Part shown: piece by piece, positions 1 through 12,634 of the stretch
Layout of the letters: every line of letters begins with the position of its first letter
Position numbering within the stretch: the stretch's first letter is position 1
Assembly: GCF_021869535.1 (NCBI RefSeq)
Contig: NW_026262669.1
Span: 9,982,001-10,046,000 of the forward strand
DNA from: Mytilus californianus
Lineage: Eukaryota
Reading direction: 5' to 3'
DNA: 64,000 bases
Made by a program: the position numbers and the translations under genes
The notes under the pieces: generated by a model
The model's database searches: none
Told to the model about the DNA's origin: nothing
Seen by the model: only the letters and a program-made list of their open reading frames with translations

Positions 1-414
1 AATGAAATTCCTTAAAATTGATCGCGATTTACAGTCGGTTCTCTGTGAAATCAAAAAAGGCTTCACAATCAGTGGTGCATGAATTTAAGAGAAATCATAT
101 GTATTGGTGAGTTAAGAGTATAATATCACAGTGGTGTGTATATCATAGGACTTTACCAATCTGATACATCAGTGGTGTTAGTTTATTGAGGTTCACCATT
201 AACGACCAATAGTTTGTTGGTTTATTGAGGTTCACCATCACATTGTAAACATTGATACATATTTAGGCATTCTAATATGATTCAACATTGTGTGCTCTTG
301 GGAAACGTATTTCCTAACAAGGATATGGTATCATGGCTACATGTTATAATTAAATCCTAAAAACTTTGACAAATTCTGTACAGGATTATTTACAAAAGTA
401 AAGATTTTATTACT

Positions 415-720
415 TAAGGAATGACTGTAATATTTTTTCTGTCTATGAAGAAATAACATCAAAAATGTGGTGCACACTAAATAACCTGCGTAGCGGGTTA
501 TTTTAACGTGTGCACCACTTTTTTTATGTTATTTCGAATAGACAGAAAAAAATATTGCAGTCATTTCTTATAATTTAATTCTAAATTCCATTTTAAACTG
601 GAGTAAACCATGAAAAAACGTTGATAACGTCACGGTCACATGACAAAACTATGTCTATGAGCTGATAAACAAAACAACGTCAGCCAATCAGAAGACGCGT
701 TACATCCAAAATTAAATTAT
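415..720. mobile_element. ~305-bp insertion starting with a ~157-bp palindrome
   Basis: Absent in paralogous cassettes (compare ttattactgagagattaatag at ~6107). 415-571 is an imperfect inverted repeat. Confidence 0.75.
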
Positions 721-2929
721 TGAGGGATAAATAGTCATAAATTTTATGTGTTCTTGATGATAATGTGGATTATCTTACAGTCCCCACAGCAGTAAAACAA
801 TACTTAAGTCTATCATGGACTGTGGACACCAACAAAAAATGTAAATGGCATAATCCTTGGCATTAGGAAAACTAGAAAGGAAAATCACTTTGAATCATGT
901 ATAACAGGTACATTTAGTTCTAATCTATAATCGGCTTTAACGAAAGTTCCGTTCCTGAAAACGAGATATTGTAAAGTTTGAAATAATTTCTGAGATAAAT
1001 TGATCCAAATAGGAATCACATACCTTCACTGAACAGGGTAAGCTTTCAAATATGATCATGGACTTTAGTGTGCAATGCAATTATATTTAGAAAGCTTACA
1101 CTAATATACATTGCCGCCTTCAAAATGTGTTATATGAACATAAAGATTGTTTGATGTATGTTTGTTATGGGTATTTTCTGATTGACAGCCTGTATTTTCA
1201 AATCAATACCAGACGAATGATCAAAACTTATTGTAATATATCTCATCAGGCACATATTCTAATTTTGACAAAAGATTAGAGAAACATGTGCCATGTTCAT
1301 GTCCCTTTTTGTTGGTATTGATAAACAATAAAGAAATATAGAACCATTTTAACTATCGGAAATCAAATCTAGCAATTTCTAGTCTATACATGATGATACT
1401 GGTTTGATAGTCAAACATGTATACACTGTATGACATAAACATGTACAGTAAACTAAAGTTGTTAGAAAGCATAACAAGAAAATTGTTTAAAATTGTGAGG
1501 GTAAATTTTATTTTTCTCCGCAATTGTGTAATGCTTCATACACCTATTGCCTCTTAAAAAGCACATGCATTGCACATTTATTGATATTTAGATTATTTAT
1601 CCATTTCTTAGGATAGTTCTTAAAGGATTGCAATCTCATCATACCTCTTGCCTTTGCATCCATTGTAATCCTACTTTAAAAGAAATATGTGAATATCCAA
1701 ATGGTAGAAATATTTCATATACGAACATTGAAACAGGAAAGTTTATATGCTATGAAAATGAATGATGGTCAAGGTTCATTGAATAAGTTATGCCCCTTCA
1801 TTAGCAATAGTGCTGACGCGGGTCTTAATCACTATCAAAGAATCAATCAATCCTTTAAGAGCTTCAGAATCAAAATATCTAATGAAGACAAGTTATAAGT
1901 AAGGACAGTTTAGAAGATCTCGATCATACAATAGGTAAAAATGTATTGAAAAAAAGGCATAAATATATTAAAATTGTAAATCTTTAATGTTTCTGTCAAT
2001 ATCTCGAGTTTAATAGTGAATGAACATTTAATAAGATGCCAGTAGATCATTGTATATATTTTCCATGTGTTCTGACGCTTAGAAAATTTTCATATCTAAT
2101 TTTAAATGCAATGTACCAAATTAAAATTCCAAGAACAACTTATTAATTTTTCTTTTCAAACTGTTTTATGTTACATCATATGACACTGACTATGAGGAGT
2201 CTATCAGAGAAATGAATCAATTTGAAGTTGAGGTTAATCTACTGGATATAGAAATATAAATCTAGAATCTCTTAAAGGTGCATATACATGTATAGTGCAT
2301 TCTTATTTAGACGGATTCTACACCGTGTAAGCAAAAGTATGTGGAATGATCCGAATTGAAAATCCCTGCACAATACAAATCAGAATAAAATTAAGAGCTA
2401 CGCCATACGCACATGGTACGCCCGTCGCCCTTTTTGCTCATCTCTATGCTTTAAAAATGATACTATACATCAGAAGTGCATTAGTTAAGGCACAAAATAA
2501 GCAAAAAATATTCAAAGGTTATATAACTAATTTTCGAGATATTTGATTTTTTTTAAAATGGCGGGAAAAGGCTGGCACAGACTTTTACCTTATATTTAGC
2601 ATTGACATTATTTGGGTCTCACATCGTAAGAAAAGATATATAGAATCTGCTGAAATTTTTGTAATGACCTTTTATGAGCTATTGAAGTCTTCTATGAAAA
2701 AGAAAAGTTGGTGATATGGGGCAAAATAATTTTACGCTGTATCTTAGGAAAAAAACCAAGGAGTCCAAACATCTGACAAAACTTCATAAATTTCACTTGA
2801 CTACATCCTTAAATGAATTTTATGTTCAACCAATAAGACTGCGAGCGTTGCTCAAATATACTCCCCCTTTTTCAACCCCTCAAAAAACCGTTGCATATAC
2901 AGTGGTACCTATTGACACAAAACAGGAAT

Positions 2930-3552
2930 AATTTGAAAGCTACCTCAAGTTTGTGACCTCAATTTTCGAACAAATGAAATTCTATAACCGTCTGAAGTAT
3001 GAAAAATGCACAGTTTTCAACGATATTTCAAAGAATAAAGTTTCATAACTTCGCAATGTCATATCATAAATTTATAAAAAAATCAAAAGGTAGCTTATTT
3101 CAATAGATATAAACAAGTCACCAACGTTTCATTAAAACTGCATATTTTTTAAAGTTCTTTTTAGTTACTGTCTAAAAACTGTAAAATCCCTCGTTTTATG
3201 AATAAATTCCCAATACTTCAAAAAGTTTTTTCTTTAACTTGAAAACGAACGTATATCAATATATATAAACAATTTACCAAAGTGTTATCAAAATTGCTCA
3301 AATCTTGTTTGGGTAATAGTCAGAATATTGGAAAATCCCCCATCCTTTATCAGTAAAATCCGAGAACTCGGAAACGGAAAATCTTAAATTTGTCAAAATC
3401 GGAAGGGAGCTTACGTCAAGAAATATACATTGTTAACGATTTTTCAAAGTTTCATGAACATTGGTCTATGAGTTATTGTCCGAAGTGTTGACGACGGACG
3501 GACAGACGATCGGACAATGGTATACGATAATACGTTCAATAAAGGGGTATAT
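2930..3552 (+). mobile_element. HINE-like element with a GGAC/GACA tail; related copies at ~9110-9570, ~29830-30235 and ~46040-46195
   Basis: Shared aaaatccccc..aaagtttcatg..ttgacgacggacggacaga..caatggtatac..ataatacgt architecture. It sits at the same cassette position in copies 1, 2 and 4. Confidence 0.55.
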
Positions 3553-5587
3553 ACAACTCATAGATAGCAAACACACAAAAAAAACATGAATGGTTAATGT
3601 CTAGCGAGACATATAAGAAGGGTTTCAATATCCTCCGAGTCTTGCAAGAATAAGATCGAATATGACACATATATGTATTGTAGACAATTTTTACATACAA
3701 TTTATCTGGATCTTATTCAAAATTCTTGAAAATGTCTTTCAGCAAAATACGTATGTATACATTTACAGCTTAACATTTCCTTTATTTCAGATGACTCAAC
3801 AATATGAAAAAAGAAAAACGCATAAAACTGTAATCAATTTGAGATTCCTCAAAGTGACGTGACCAATGAGACATTTCAATATCTTTCATGTTATGTTTTG
3901 TATAACCGGACTTCTGTCATAATCTGTATGTACATGTACCTATATCTAAATAGTAAAAAAAAAATATACTTATGTATTAGTATGGCAGATTTAATTGTTG
4001 ACCTCTACATTGGCTTCAGATGCATTATCCCAACCATGAACTGGAATGAGCTAAAGGCCCGGACATGATTTTAATTTAGACCAAAGTCATAATGTTCCAC
4101 GATATGTATCAATCTGTCTCATAATTAGATTAACACTGGTTTATAAATGAACACATTGGTGTCAGTGCTCTTAACTAAAGTTGCCCTTGGTCAAATGGTC
4201 TGAAATTTCCATCCCCTACCCACAATGGATTACAGGGCTCGTATCATAGATGTTTGTAGGGTGGAATTATATGACAATTGACTGGTAAGCGTTCTACATT
4301 GTATTTATAGCGGACAATTGAGATCGCATACCAGTCGACTGGCATATAGTTCCGCCCCAAAACATCTATGATAAGAGCCCCTTTGCATGAACAAGATATA
4401 TGGTTATAGCACATGTCAGTTCAAAATATATCAGGTTAAGGATTGGGGATCTAAACAAAGTTCGATATAATTGACGAGATGAAGGGCACGGGCATGAACC
4501 CAAGCGAAAGAAATTAATTGCGTACTGAAACAGAATTGTCATGGCAATTAAGAATATATACAGTTTAGAGTTGAGGAAGTGAATAGTTTTCATGATCTTT
4601 TAAGTTTAACAATATTTGATATAAATAGAGCGAGGCATGTCACCGAGGGACAACACTGTGGGGAACTAGGATTGTTCAACAATCACAATAACAAATGCAC
4701 GCAACAATTAAAAGTTGACCTTGAATTGTAAATGTCAAGGTCAGAGGTTATATTCTATGGAACCCAACACCTTATTGTGAGGTGTTGGATCCATATGCCA
4801 AGTATTAAGAGTTCATGTGAAAATATGTTTTGTTGTGACAGGTATAAACTTCAATCATAACTGTCATGTTAAAAAAGATATTTTCAGAAGGACGTCAGAA
4901 AAAAATGGTCCAACTTTATATAATTCTAAAATGTCTTTGATATTATTAACATATAGTTGGCATACGATCTGTTGAATGAATATTATCTGAATTAAGATGT
5001 TAACACAACATGTCATCATCGTGTTCTTATTAACAAGTAACATCAGATGCTTACAAAATTATGTCAGAAACCTAAAGAAGCCATACCAGAGAAACACAGG
5101 CAGAACTTTAAAATCTTGTTCAACAAACATTTTTTGAAAAATGTCTTTTTGTGTTGTTTGCACTCTGTGTTGTAGGGAAATGCCATTTTTTAAAAGTCAT
5201 ATTAGGTTATTATGGTTAGAAAATCGATTTTGATATTTCAGTAAATTTGACTCCTTGTACAGTGAATTACGGTATTATTTTCTACAATAAAAAAAAAAAA
5301 ACTTATTCTAAAAGATGACGATAAGTACATCAAACAATGATAATACCATATGTTGTATCTGTTCATATATAAATTAACTTATGCATAACAAATTGTCTGG
5401 AAATGGTAATTTGTTTTCAACTTTTCGGTATTTAGACATACTAAAAATGATGCTCTTCAATTTAAAGAAGGTTGTGATGCTTTGACGTAAACCTGGTAAG
5501 AATAAACTTCTGTTACACATTTTGATACATATTTAAACATCATAATACGATTACACATTGCGTGCTGTTAGGAAACGTTTATCCTCA

Positions 5588-6030
5588 CAAGGAGATTGTA
5601 GAAGGAGATTTTAGAAGGAGATTGTAGAAAGAGATTGTAGAAGGGGATTGTAGAAGAAGATTGTAGAAGGAAATTGTAGAAGGAGATTGTAGAAGGAGAT
5701 TGTAGAAGGAGATTGTAGAAGGAGATTGTGGAAGGAGATTGTAGAAGGGGATTGAAGTAGAATATTCAAGAAGGAGATTGTAGAAAGAGATTGTAGAAGA
5801 AGATTGTAGAAGGAAATTGTAGAAGGAGATTGTAGAAGGGGATTGAAGTAGGATATTCAAGAAGGAGATTGTAGAAAGAGATTGTAGAAGAAGATTGTAG
5901 AAGGAAATTGTAGAAGGAAATTGTAAAAAGAGATTGTAGAAATAGATTGTAGAATGAGATTGTGGAAGCAAATTGTAGAATTAGATTGTAAAAGGAGATT
6001 GTAGAAGGAGATTGTAGAAGGAAATTGTAG
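5588..6030. repeat. 13-bp minisatellite (GATTGTAGAAGGA)n, ~33 units
   Basis: Directly visible. It generates the spurious ORF 5585-5971. Confidence 0.95.
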
Positions 6031-7509
6031 CATATTTACAGGTGATTATGAAATTTTAGAAACTTTGACAAATTCTGTACAGGATCATTTACCAAAGTGT
6101 AGCATTTATTACTGAGAGATTAATAGTCATACGTGCATGTGTTTTTGATGAGTGGGAATTGTTACAGTCCGCACAACAATAAAACAGTACTTAGGTCTAT
6201 CATGGACTGTGAACTCCAAAAAAAGATGTAAATGTTATAATCCTAGGCATTAGTAGAACGGGAAAGGAAAGGACAATCACAACGAATCAGTAAGAATAGG
6301 TACATATAGTTTTCATTTATAATTGCCTTTTAGAGAGTTTCTGCAAACAGGAAATTTTAATGTAATAAATTATTTCTGAGATAAATTGATCCAAAATTGA
6401 TTACATTTGCATTTTGGCCTCACTTACCAGGTTATTTTTTTTAATGTGATCATAGAAGTTAGTGTGTAATGCAACCATGTTTAGATAGCGAAAAATAATA
6501 TACATTGCCGCCTTCAAAGCGTGTTTTATGAATCCCAACACTGTTTTATGTATGTTTGTTATAGGTAGTTTCTGTTTGACAGCCTGTATTTCAATATTCA
6601 TACCATACAAAGGACCAAAACTTATTGTGACGTTTACAAACATTTCTTTTCCCACAAACTTTTCTATTAAATTTTATATAAAAAATAAGTTGAAAAGGAT
6701 CGGATTTTCATTTGATCACTTGATGGATAAATGTCAAAGTTTTCTGGTTCCAGAAAAGGTATTAGATGTACTTGTACAATATAACTCATCATGTTCATAT
6801 TTTAATTTTGAACACATTTTAGGGGAAACATGTGCCATTTTCATGTTCCTTTTTGTTGGCATTGATAAACAATAACGCACTATATCACCATTTTTACTAT
6901 CGGAAATAAAATCTAGCAATGTCAATGCCATGCATGAAGATAGTGGTTTGAAAGTCCAACATGCTTACGCTGTATGACACAAACATGTACAGTAAGCTAA
7001 ATTTGTTAGAAAGCACAACAAAAGAATTGTTCAAAATTATGAGGGTGAATTTTGTTTGTGTCCCTAATTTTGTAATGCTTTATGTACCTATGGCTTCTTA
7101 GAAAGAACATATATTGTACAATCATTGATATTTAGATTTTCCGTCCATTTATGAAGAGAGATCTTAAATGATGGAAATCTTAGCGTATCTATTACCTTTT
7201 CATCCATATTAATCCTACTTACCTAAGAAATATGTAAATATCAAAAATGTAGAAAAATGTCATATACAAAGATTGAAACAGGAAAAATTTAAAATGCTAT
7301 GAAAATAAATGATGTTCAAGATTCATTCAATGAGTTATACCCCTTCATGACCAATAGAGCTGACGCAGGATTTAATCGCTATCAATCAATTAATCAATCC
7401 CTTCAGAGTCTTCATTCAGGCTTGAGGAACTTGTCGCTACAAGACCAACATATTTAATAAAGACAAGTTATAAGTAGGGACAGTTTAGACTTGAATCATA
7501 CAACAGATG

Positions 7510-7939
7510 CAGCCCTTGGATGGTGTAAACTTCCAAAAAAAACGTGTATGGTGTAATGGTGTATGGCATATGGTGCAATGGTAGAAGGTGTATGGTGCTA
7601 TGGTGTATCGTGTAAGGGGAATGGTGTAATTGTGTAACATGCGATCGGGAATGGTGTGAATGAATGGTGTACGAAACTATGCAAAATATTGATAAGAACT
7701 GATTTTTAATTTTATACATTAATTTACAATATTGTGATGAAATTTCGTTTTTTAAAATCAATAAATAATGTTGTAGTCGCACGCTTTCTTCAAAATTCAA
7801 TTTCTTTGTGGTGTAATGTGTATGGGGCACAGGTGTGACGTGTATGGTGTAATGGCACAGGGTGTATGGTGTAATTGTGTATGGTGAATGGTGTAATGGT
7901 GTATGGTGTTAGTGGGAAGTTTACACCATCCAAGGACTG
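7510..7939. mobile_element. 430-bp TA-target MITE with an internal GGTGTAAT/GGTGTAT microsatellite
   Basis: 25-bp TIRs CAGCCCTTGGATGGTGTAAACTTCC / GGAAGTTTACACCATCCAAGGACTG (1 mismatch). Absent at the paralogous sites ~1935 and ~29630. Confidence 0.85.
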
Positions 7940-8434
7940 TACATGTATTTAAAATAAAAGTACATTAAAATTGTTAATCTATAATGTTTCTGTCATGTTC
8001 CACAAAATCTTGAATTAAATAGTGAATGAACATGTTGTAAGATGATAGATCATGGTATATGTTTTCCGTGTGTTCTGTTTAATTTTAAATGCAATGTTCC
8101 AAATTCAAATTCGAAGAAAAACTTATAACATTTTAATATTCTTTGGTTGATGATACATCAGATGACACTGTGTACGAGGAGGCTATCAGAAAAATATATC
8201 AATTTGAAGTTGAAGTTAATCTACTAAATATGAAAAATTCATTAAGAATCTTCTAAAGGTGCATGTACATGTTTAATATATTTTCATTAAGACAGAGTCT
8301 ACACCGTGTAAGAAAAAGTATGTGGAACGATCCGAATCTAAAATCCCTGCATAATGCAAATCAAAATAAAATAAAGAATTGCGCCATGAGCGCATGATAC
8401 GCCCGTCGCCCTTTTTGCTCATGTTATGCTTTAA

Positions 8435-9010
8435 GGATGTACTCAGGTGGAATTAAAAACATCTTAGATTTAAAATATATACTTAAAATCAGAAGTGCCA
8501 CATGTGGAGCAGGATCTGCCTACCCTTCCGGAGCACCTGAGATCACCCCCAGTTTTTGGTGGGGTTCGTGTTGCTTAGTCTTTAGTTTTCTATGTTGTGT
8601 CATCTGTACTATTATTTGTCTGTTTGTCTTTTTATTTTTGGCCATGACGTTGTCAGTTTGTTTTCGATCTATGAGTTTGACTGTCCCTCTGGTATCTTTC
8701 GTCCCTCTTTTTTAAGCAACAAAAAAAGCTAAAGATATTTCGAGATATTTGATTTTTAAAAAAAGGCGGAAAAAAGCTGACTAGGACTTTTACCTTATAT
8801 TTTGCACTGGCATTATTTGGGTCTCAAATTGTAAAAAAAGAAATCTATGATCTGCTGAAATGTTGGTAATGAACTTTTATGAGCTATTATAGTCTTCTAT
8901 GAAATGAAAAGTGTGTGATATGGGGCAAAAATAATTTACCCTGTGCCTTAGGAATAAAACCCAAGTAGTCCGAAAACCTGACAAAACTTCCTAAATTTTG
9001 CTTGACTACA
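8435..9010. mobile_element. Kolobok-like MITE (same family as 52721) with a nested retro-fragment; orthologous relics at ~2455-2808 and ~18980-19198
   Basis: TTAA|GGATGTACTCAGGTG start. The internal sequence matches 52721-52900 plus 58638-58849. The copy-1 relic ends ctacatcc|TTAA at 2808. Confidence 0.75.
8497..8713 (+). mobile_element. Retroelement 3'-end fragment family (gccacatgtggagcagg...); other copies at 41510-41776 and ~40700-40790
   Basis: The two main copies are highly similar, share a T-rich 3' end and have different 5' truncation points. The family assignment (PLE-like) is inferred. Confidence 0.6.
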
Positions 9011-10501
9011 TTTTATGTCCAACTAATGATACTGTGAGGACTGCTGAAACAGATCCCCCCTTTTCAACCAAAAAAAAAAAAACATGCACACAGAACATAA
9101 CTATTAAGGCTACCTCAAGTTCAACTTAGTTTGTGGCCACGATTTTTTAACGATTTTTTCACGAATGAAATTTTATAACCGTCTAAAGTATGAAAATAAA
9201 GAGTTTTCAACGATTTTTTAAAGAATAAAGTTCGCAATGTCATATCAAAAATGTATGAAAAAAACAAATTATTTCAATAGATATAGTCAACAAAGTTTCA
9301 TGACAACTGCTCAAATCGTTGTTTAGTTATTGTCCGAAAACTTGAAAATCCCCCATTTTATGAATAAATTCCCAATACTCCAAAGAGTAAAATCAGAATC
9401 TGTTTTTCAACTAAAAGGGAACGTATGTCAATATGTATATATAAACAATTCCCCAAAGTGTCATGCAAATTGGAGAACGCGTCCTTGAGTTGTTGTCTGA
9501 AGTGTGGACGACGGACGGACATACGATCTAGCAATGGTATACCATAATTCGTTCTGTAAAGGAGCGTATAAAAATCACAGATAGCACACAAAAAATATGA
9601 AGTAGAATGTGCAAGACATGCAAGAAGGGTTACAATCTTCTCCAATACGAGTCCTGCAAAAAAAAGGCCGAACTTGAAATATATGTGAATTGTAGTTATG
9701 TTTTAAATAATATTCGAATTGATCTTATTCAAAATTCTTGAAAAGGTCTTTCAGCAAAATACTTGTGTATACATTTATAGCTTAAAATTTCTTTTATTAC
9801 AGATCACTATGATGACTGAACAAGATGAATTAAAAAACGCATCAAACTGTAACCAATGTAGGACCCTCAAAATGACCAATTGTGCATTTCAATATCTTTC
9901 AAGTTATGTTTTGTATAACTGTACTTGTGTCATAATTTTCATGTACATGTACGCATGATAATTGTTTATGTTAGTTTTGTAAAATTGAGAATGGAAATGG
10001 GGAATGTGTCAAAGAGACAACAACCCGATTATAGAGCAGACAACAGCCGAAGGCCACCAATGGGTCTTCAATGCAGCGAGAAACTCCCGCACCCGAAGGC
10101 GTCCTTCAGCTGGCCCCTAAACAAATATGTATACTAGTTCAGTGATAATGAACGTCATATGAACGTCATATTAAACTCCAAATTATACACAGGAAACTAA
10201 AATTAAAAATGATACAAGACTAACAAAGGCCAGAGAGACTTGACTTGGGACAGGCGCAAAAATGCGGCGGGGTAAAACATGTTTTTTGAGATCTCAACCC
10301 TCCCCCTATACCTCTAGCCAATGTAGAAAAAAACAAATGCACAACAGTACGTACAGTAAAACTCAGTATAAGTCTGAGTCCAATGTCAGAATAGGAATCA
10401 AAAGAAGATAAACAAAATGACAATAATATATAAATAACAACAGACTACTAAACGTTACTGACATGCCAGCTCCAGACCTCAATTAAACTGATTAAAAGAT
10501 C

Positions 10502-10586
10502 ATGTCTTCATCATATGAATATCAGGCACAATTCCTCCTGTTAGGGGTTTAGTATTATACCGTCATAAAATATATGAGAAGAACAT
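10502..10586 (-). promoter_or_regulatory. Type II SECIS element in the retroelement 3' UTR
   Basis: Minus strand reads ATGA-cggtataatact(12)-AA-acccctaacaggaggaattgtgcct(25)-GA. Helix II is GGUAUAAU/AUUGUGCC (8 bp), the apical mini-stem is CCU-AAC-AGG, and helix I is AUGUUCUUCUCAUAU/AUAUGAUGAAGACAU. Confidence 0.82.
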
Positions 10587-10627
10587 AACCCGTGTCATGC
10601 CAACAACTGGTTTTAGAATAAATGTGT

Positions 10628-12612
10628 TTAATTCCGATGCAAAGACACTATAAGTGAATTTATATTAAAGCCAAAATATGCAATCTTTAATGACCTGACA
10701 ACAGTATCGTAACTATATCCCTTCTTAATAAGTCTGTTTAAAGGTTTTGTTAGCTTTTGAAGTGAATACTGACATTTTTGTGCTTTCTAAAGAATATTAC
10801 CATAAAAGATTGTATGTGAAAAACCCGAACGTATAATATATCTGTATGTTGAGTTATATTTACGAATGATGTCCTTATACCGATGATAAAATTTAGTAAA
10901 TGTTTTGACTAGTTTATGATATCGAAAACCCTGGTGAAATAATTTTTCAGCAATACATACATTTATCTCGCTAAGATCTAATACGTTGTTACATACACGA
11001 GCAAATCGTACAAGTTGAGATATATAAACACCATAAGATGGTGACAAGGGAACGTCACCATCTAAAAATGGATAATTAATGGTAGGAAATGAAAAATTAT
11101 CTCTTGTATCATAAATTTTTGTATTAAGCTTCCCGTTAATGATATAGATATCAAGATCGAGGAAAGGACAGTGGTCATTGTTAGTATTAGCTTTATTTAA
11201 AGTAAGTTCAACAGGATAAATTTCTTTAGTATACATACTGAAGTCGTCATTATTGAGAGCCAGTATATCATCCAAATATATAAAAGTATTGTTAAATTTT
11301 TGTATCAGATGTTGTTACGATGGGTCTTTGCTGATATCAGTCATACATTGTAACTCATAACAATACAAAAACAGGTCCGCAATAAGTGGTGCACAGTTAG
11401 TCCCCATTGGAATTCCGATAACTTGAAGATATACGGAATCTCCAAAGCGAACAACAATGTAATCAAGTAAAAATTCAAGGGCAGATATAGTATCAAAGCA
11501 TGTCCAATTGACATAGCTCTTTTGTTAGTTGCTACTAAAAAATGACCTAAAAGAGTTTGAACATATGTATTCGCATTCCGACTTTTTAAATGCCCATTTA
11601 ATTAGGTGTGTGCATTTTTTCTTAATAAGAATATGAGGCAAAGTGGTATATAGGGTAGACAAATCAAAACTGTGAACAGATTCAAAATCACCAATATATG
11701 CATGCAATTTATCAAGTACTTCCAACGAGTTTTTGACACTCCAAAAGTAGTTAATTCCACTATTTTCAAAGGCCTTATTTGAACAATTTATTATCAGGTT
11801 TTTGATTGTGCCAAGTGTACTAGAAAGTAGAATAGACAATTTAGTAGTGGAACAATAACTTGAAGACGAAATAAATCTATATTTGTAAGGTGATTTGTGT
11901 AGCTTCGGAAGCCAGTACATAGTTGGGACTTTCATTGTAGTTGGTTCTGCTTGTAAATAAGTAGCTAATAGTTTATGTTTGTTACAGATATCGTTTTCTG
12001 AAAATGAAGTCAGTTTGAATGTTGGTGATTTCGTGATTTCCTTTTGCAGAACATCAATGTAAAATTTACGTCAAACTATAATGATATCATTAGCAGCTTT
12101 ATCAGCCGGGACAAAAACAAATTCCTTGGCTAGTTCTTTTAGTTTATGTTTGATACGAGAAATAGGATTTTTATGGTTGTTGTTAAGAGTAAAATGTTCT
12201 TTAAAATGTTGTATACGTATATAAACTATCTGCATTACTGAATTAAAAAAAGAGTCCAAAGATTTTTTGTCAGCTTTTTCCCGTTTTATCCATTTCAAAC
12301 AGTAAGCACGAAGTGAGTCGTGGATGATATTACGACACTCATTCCAATTAATAATTGACGGGGGACGATATTTAGGTTCTTTACTGAGGAATGATTTTAA
12401 CTCTCGGTCGCGAACGATGGTAAGGTCTCCTGTTATAACATGGGAAATGGGGCCATAAGTGTATTCGGAATTACTACAATTACATGATGGAGGTGTATTT
12501 TCACTGATATTTACATCTTTACAGACTTGGCTATAATTAAACACCAATTTTCGGGTAGATTTCTTGTAAATATAACACATAAGAGGGAGTTCAGTATTAT
12601 CAAAATATAATG
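10628..12612 (-). pseudogene. Naiad RT ORF, single frame with a candidate Sec TGA and three nonsense codons
   Basis: Track ORFs 12071-12580, 11525-11935 and 10787-11275 share one frame, and I read the gaps as in frame. Stops are TGA 12071-12073, TAA 11525-11527, TAA 11315-11317 and TAG 10787-10789. The coding-like frame continues to TAA at 10628-10630. Confidence 0.88.
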
Positions 12613-12634
12613 ATATATTTTATCTGACTTAGAA

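Larger units (their letters stand above)
9980..12612 (-). mobile_element. 5'-truncated Penelope-like retroelement, Naiad type (CxC linker + RT)
   Basis: Linker PPSCNCS..HVITGDL. RT motifs YWLPKLHK, SFDLSTLYT, QVIGIPMGTNCAPLIADLFL, YLDDIL, SYGVYISQL. A ~650-nt 3' UTR ends in ...ccccatttccattctcaatttt. The N-terminal GIY-YIG is absent (truncated). Confidence 0.9.

Noticed and set aside
5585-5971. 128-aa ORF of LLQSPSTISFYN repeats
   Set aside because: Translation of the 13-bp minisatellite (3 x 13 = 39-nt phase). Not conserved in the other cassette copies.
7468-7830. His/Tyr-rich 120-aa ORF
   Set aside because: Translation of the microsatellite inside the 7510-7939 MITE.
8437-8715. ORFs 8437-8715, 41558-41824, 9925-10137 and 43244-43577 as small genes
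   Set aside because: They lie wholly in interspersed repeat fragments and have no splice context or recognisable domain.
10787-11527. Other in-frame stops in the Naiad ORF as possible Sec codons
   Set aside because: They are TAA, TAA and TAG, not TGA, so they are read as inactivating mutations.
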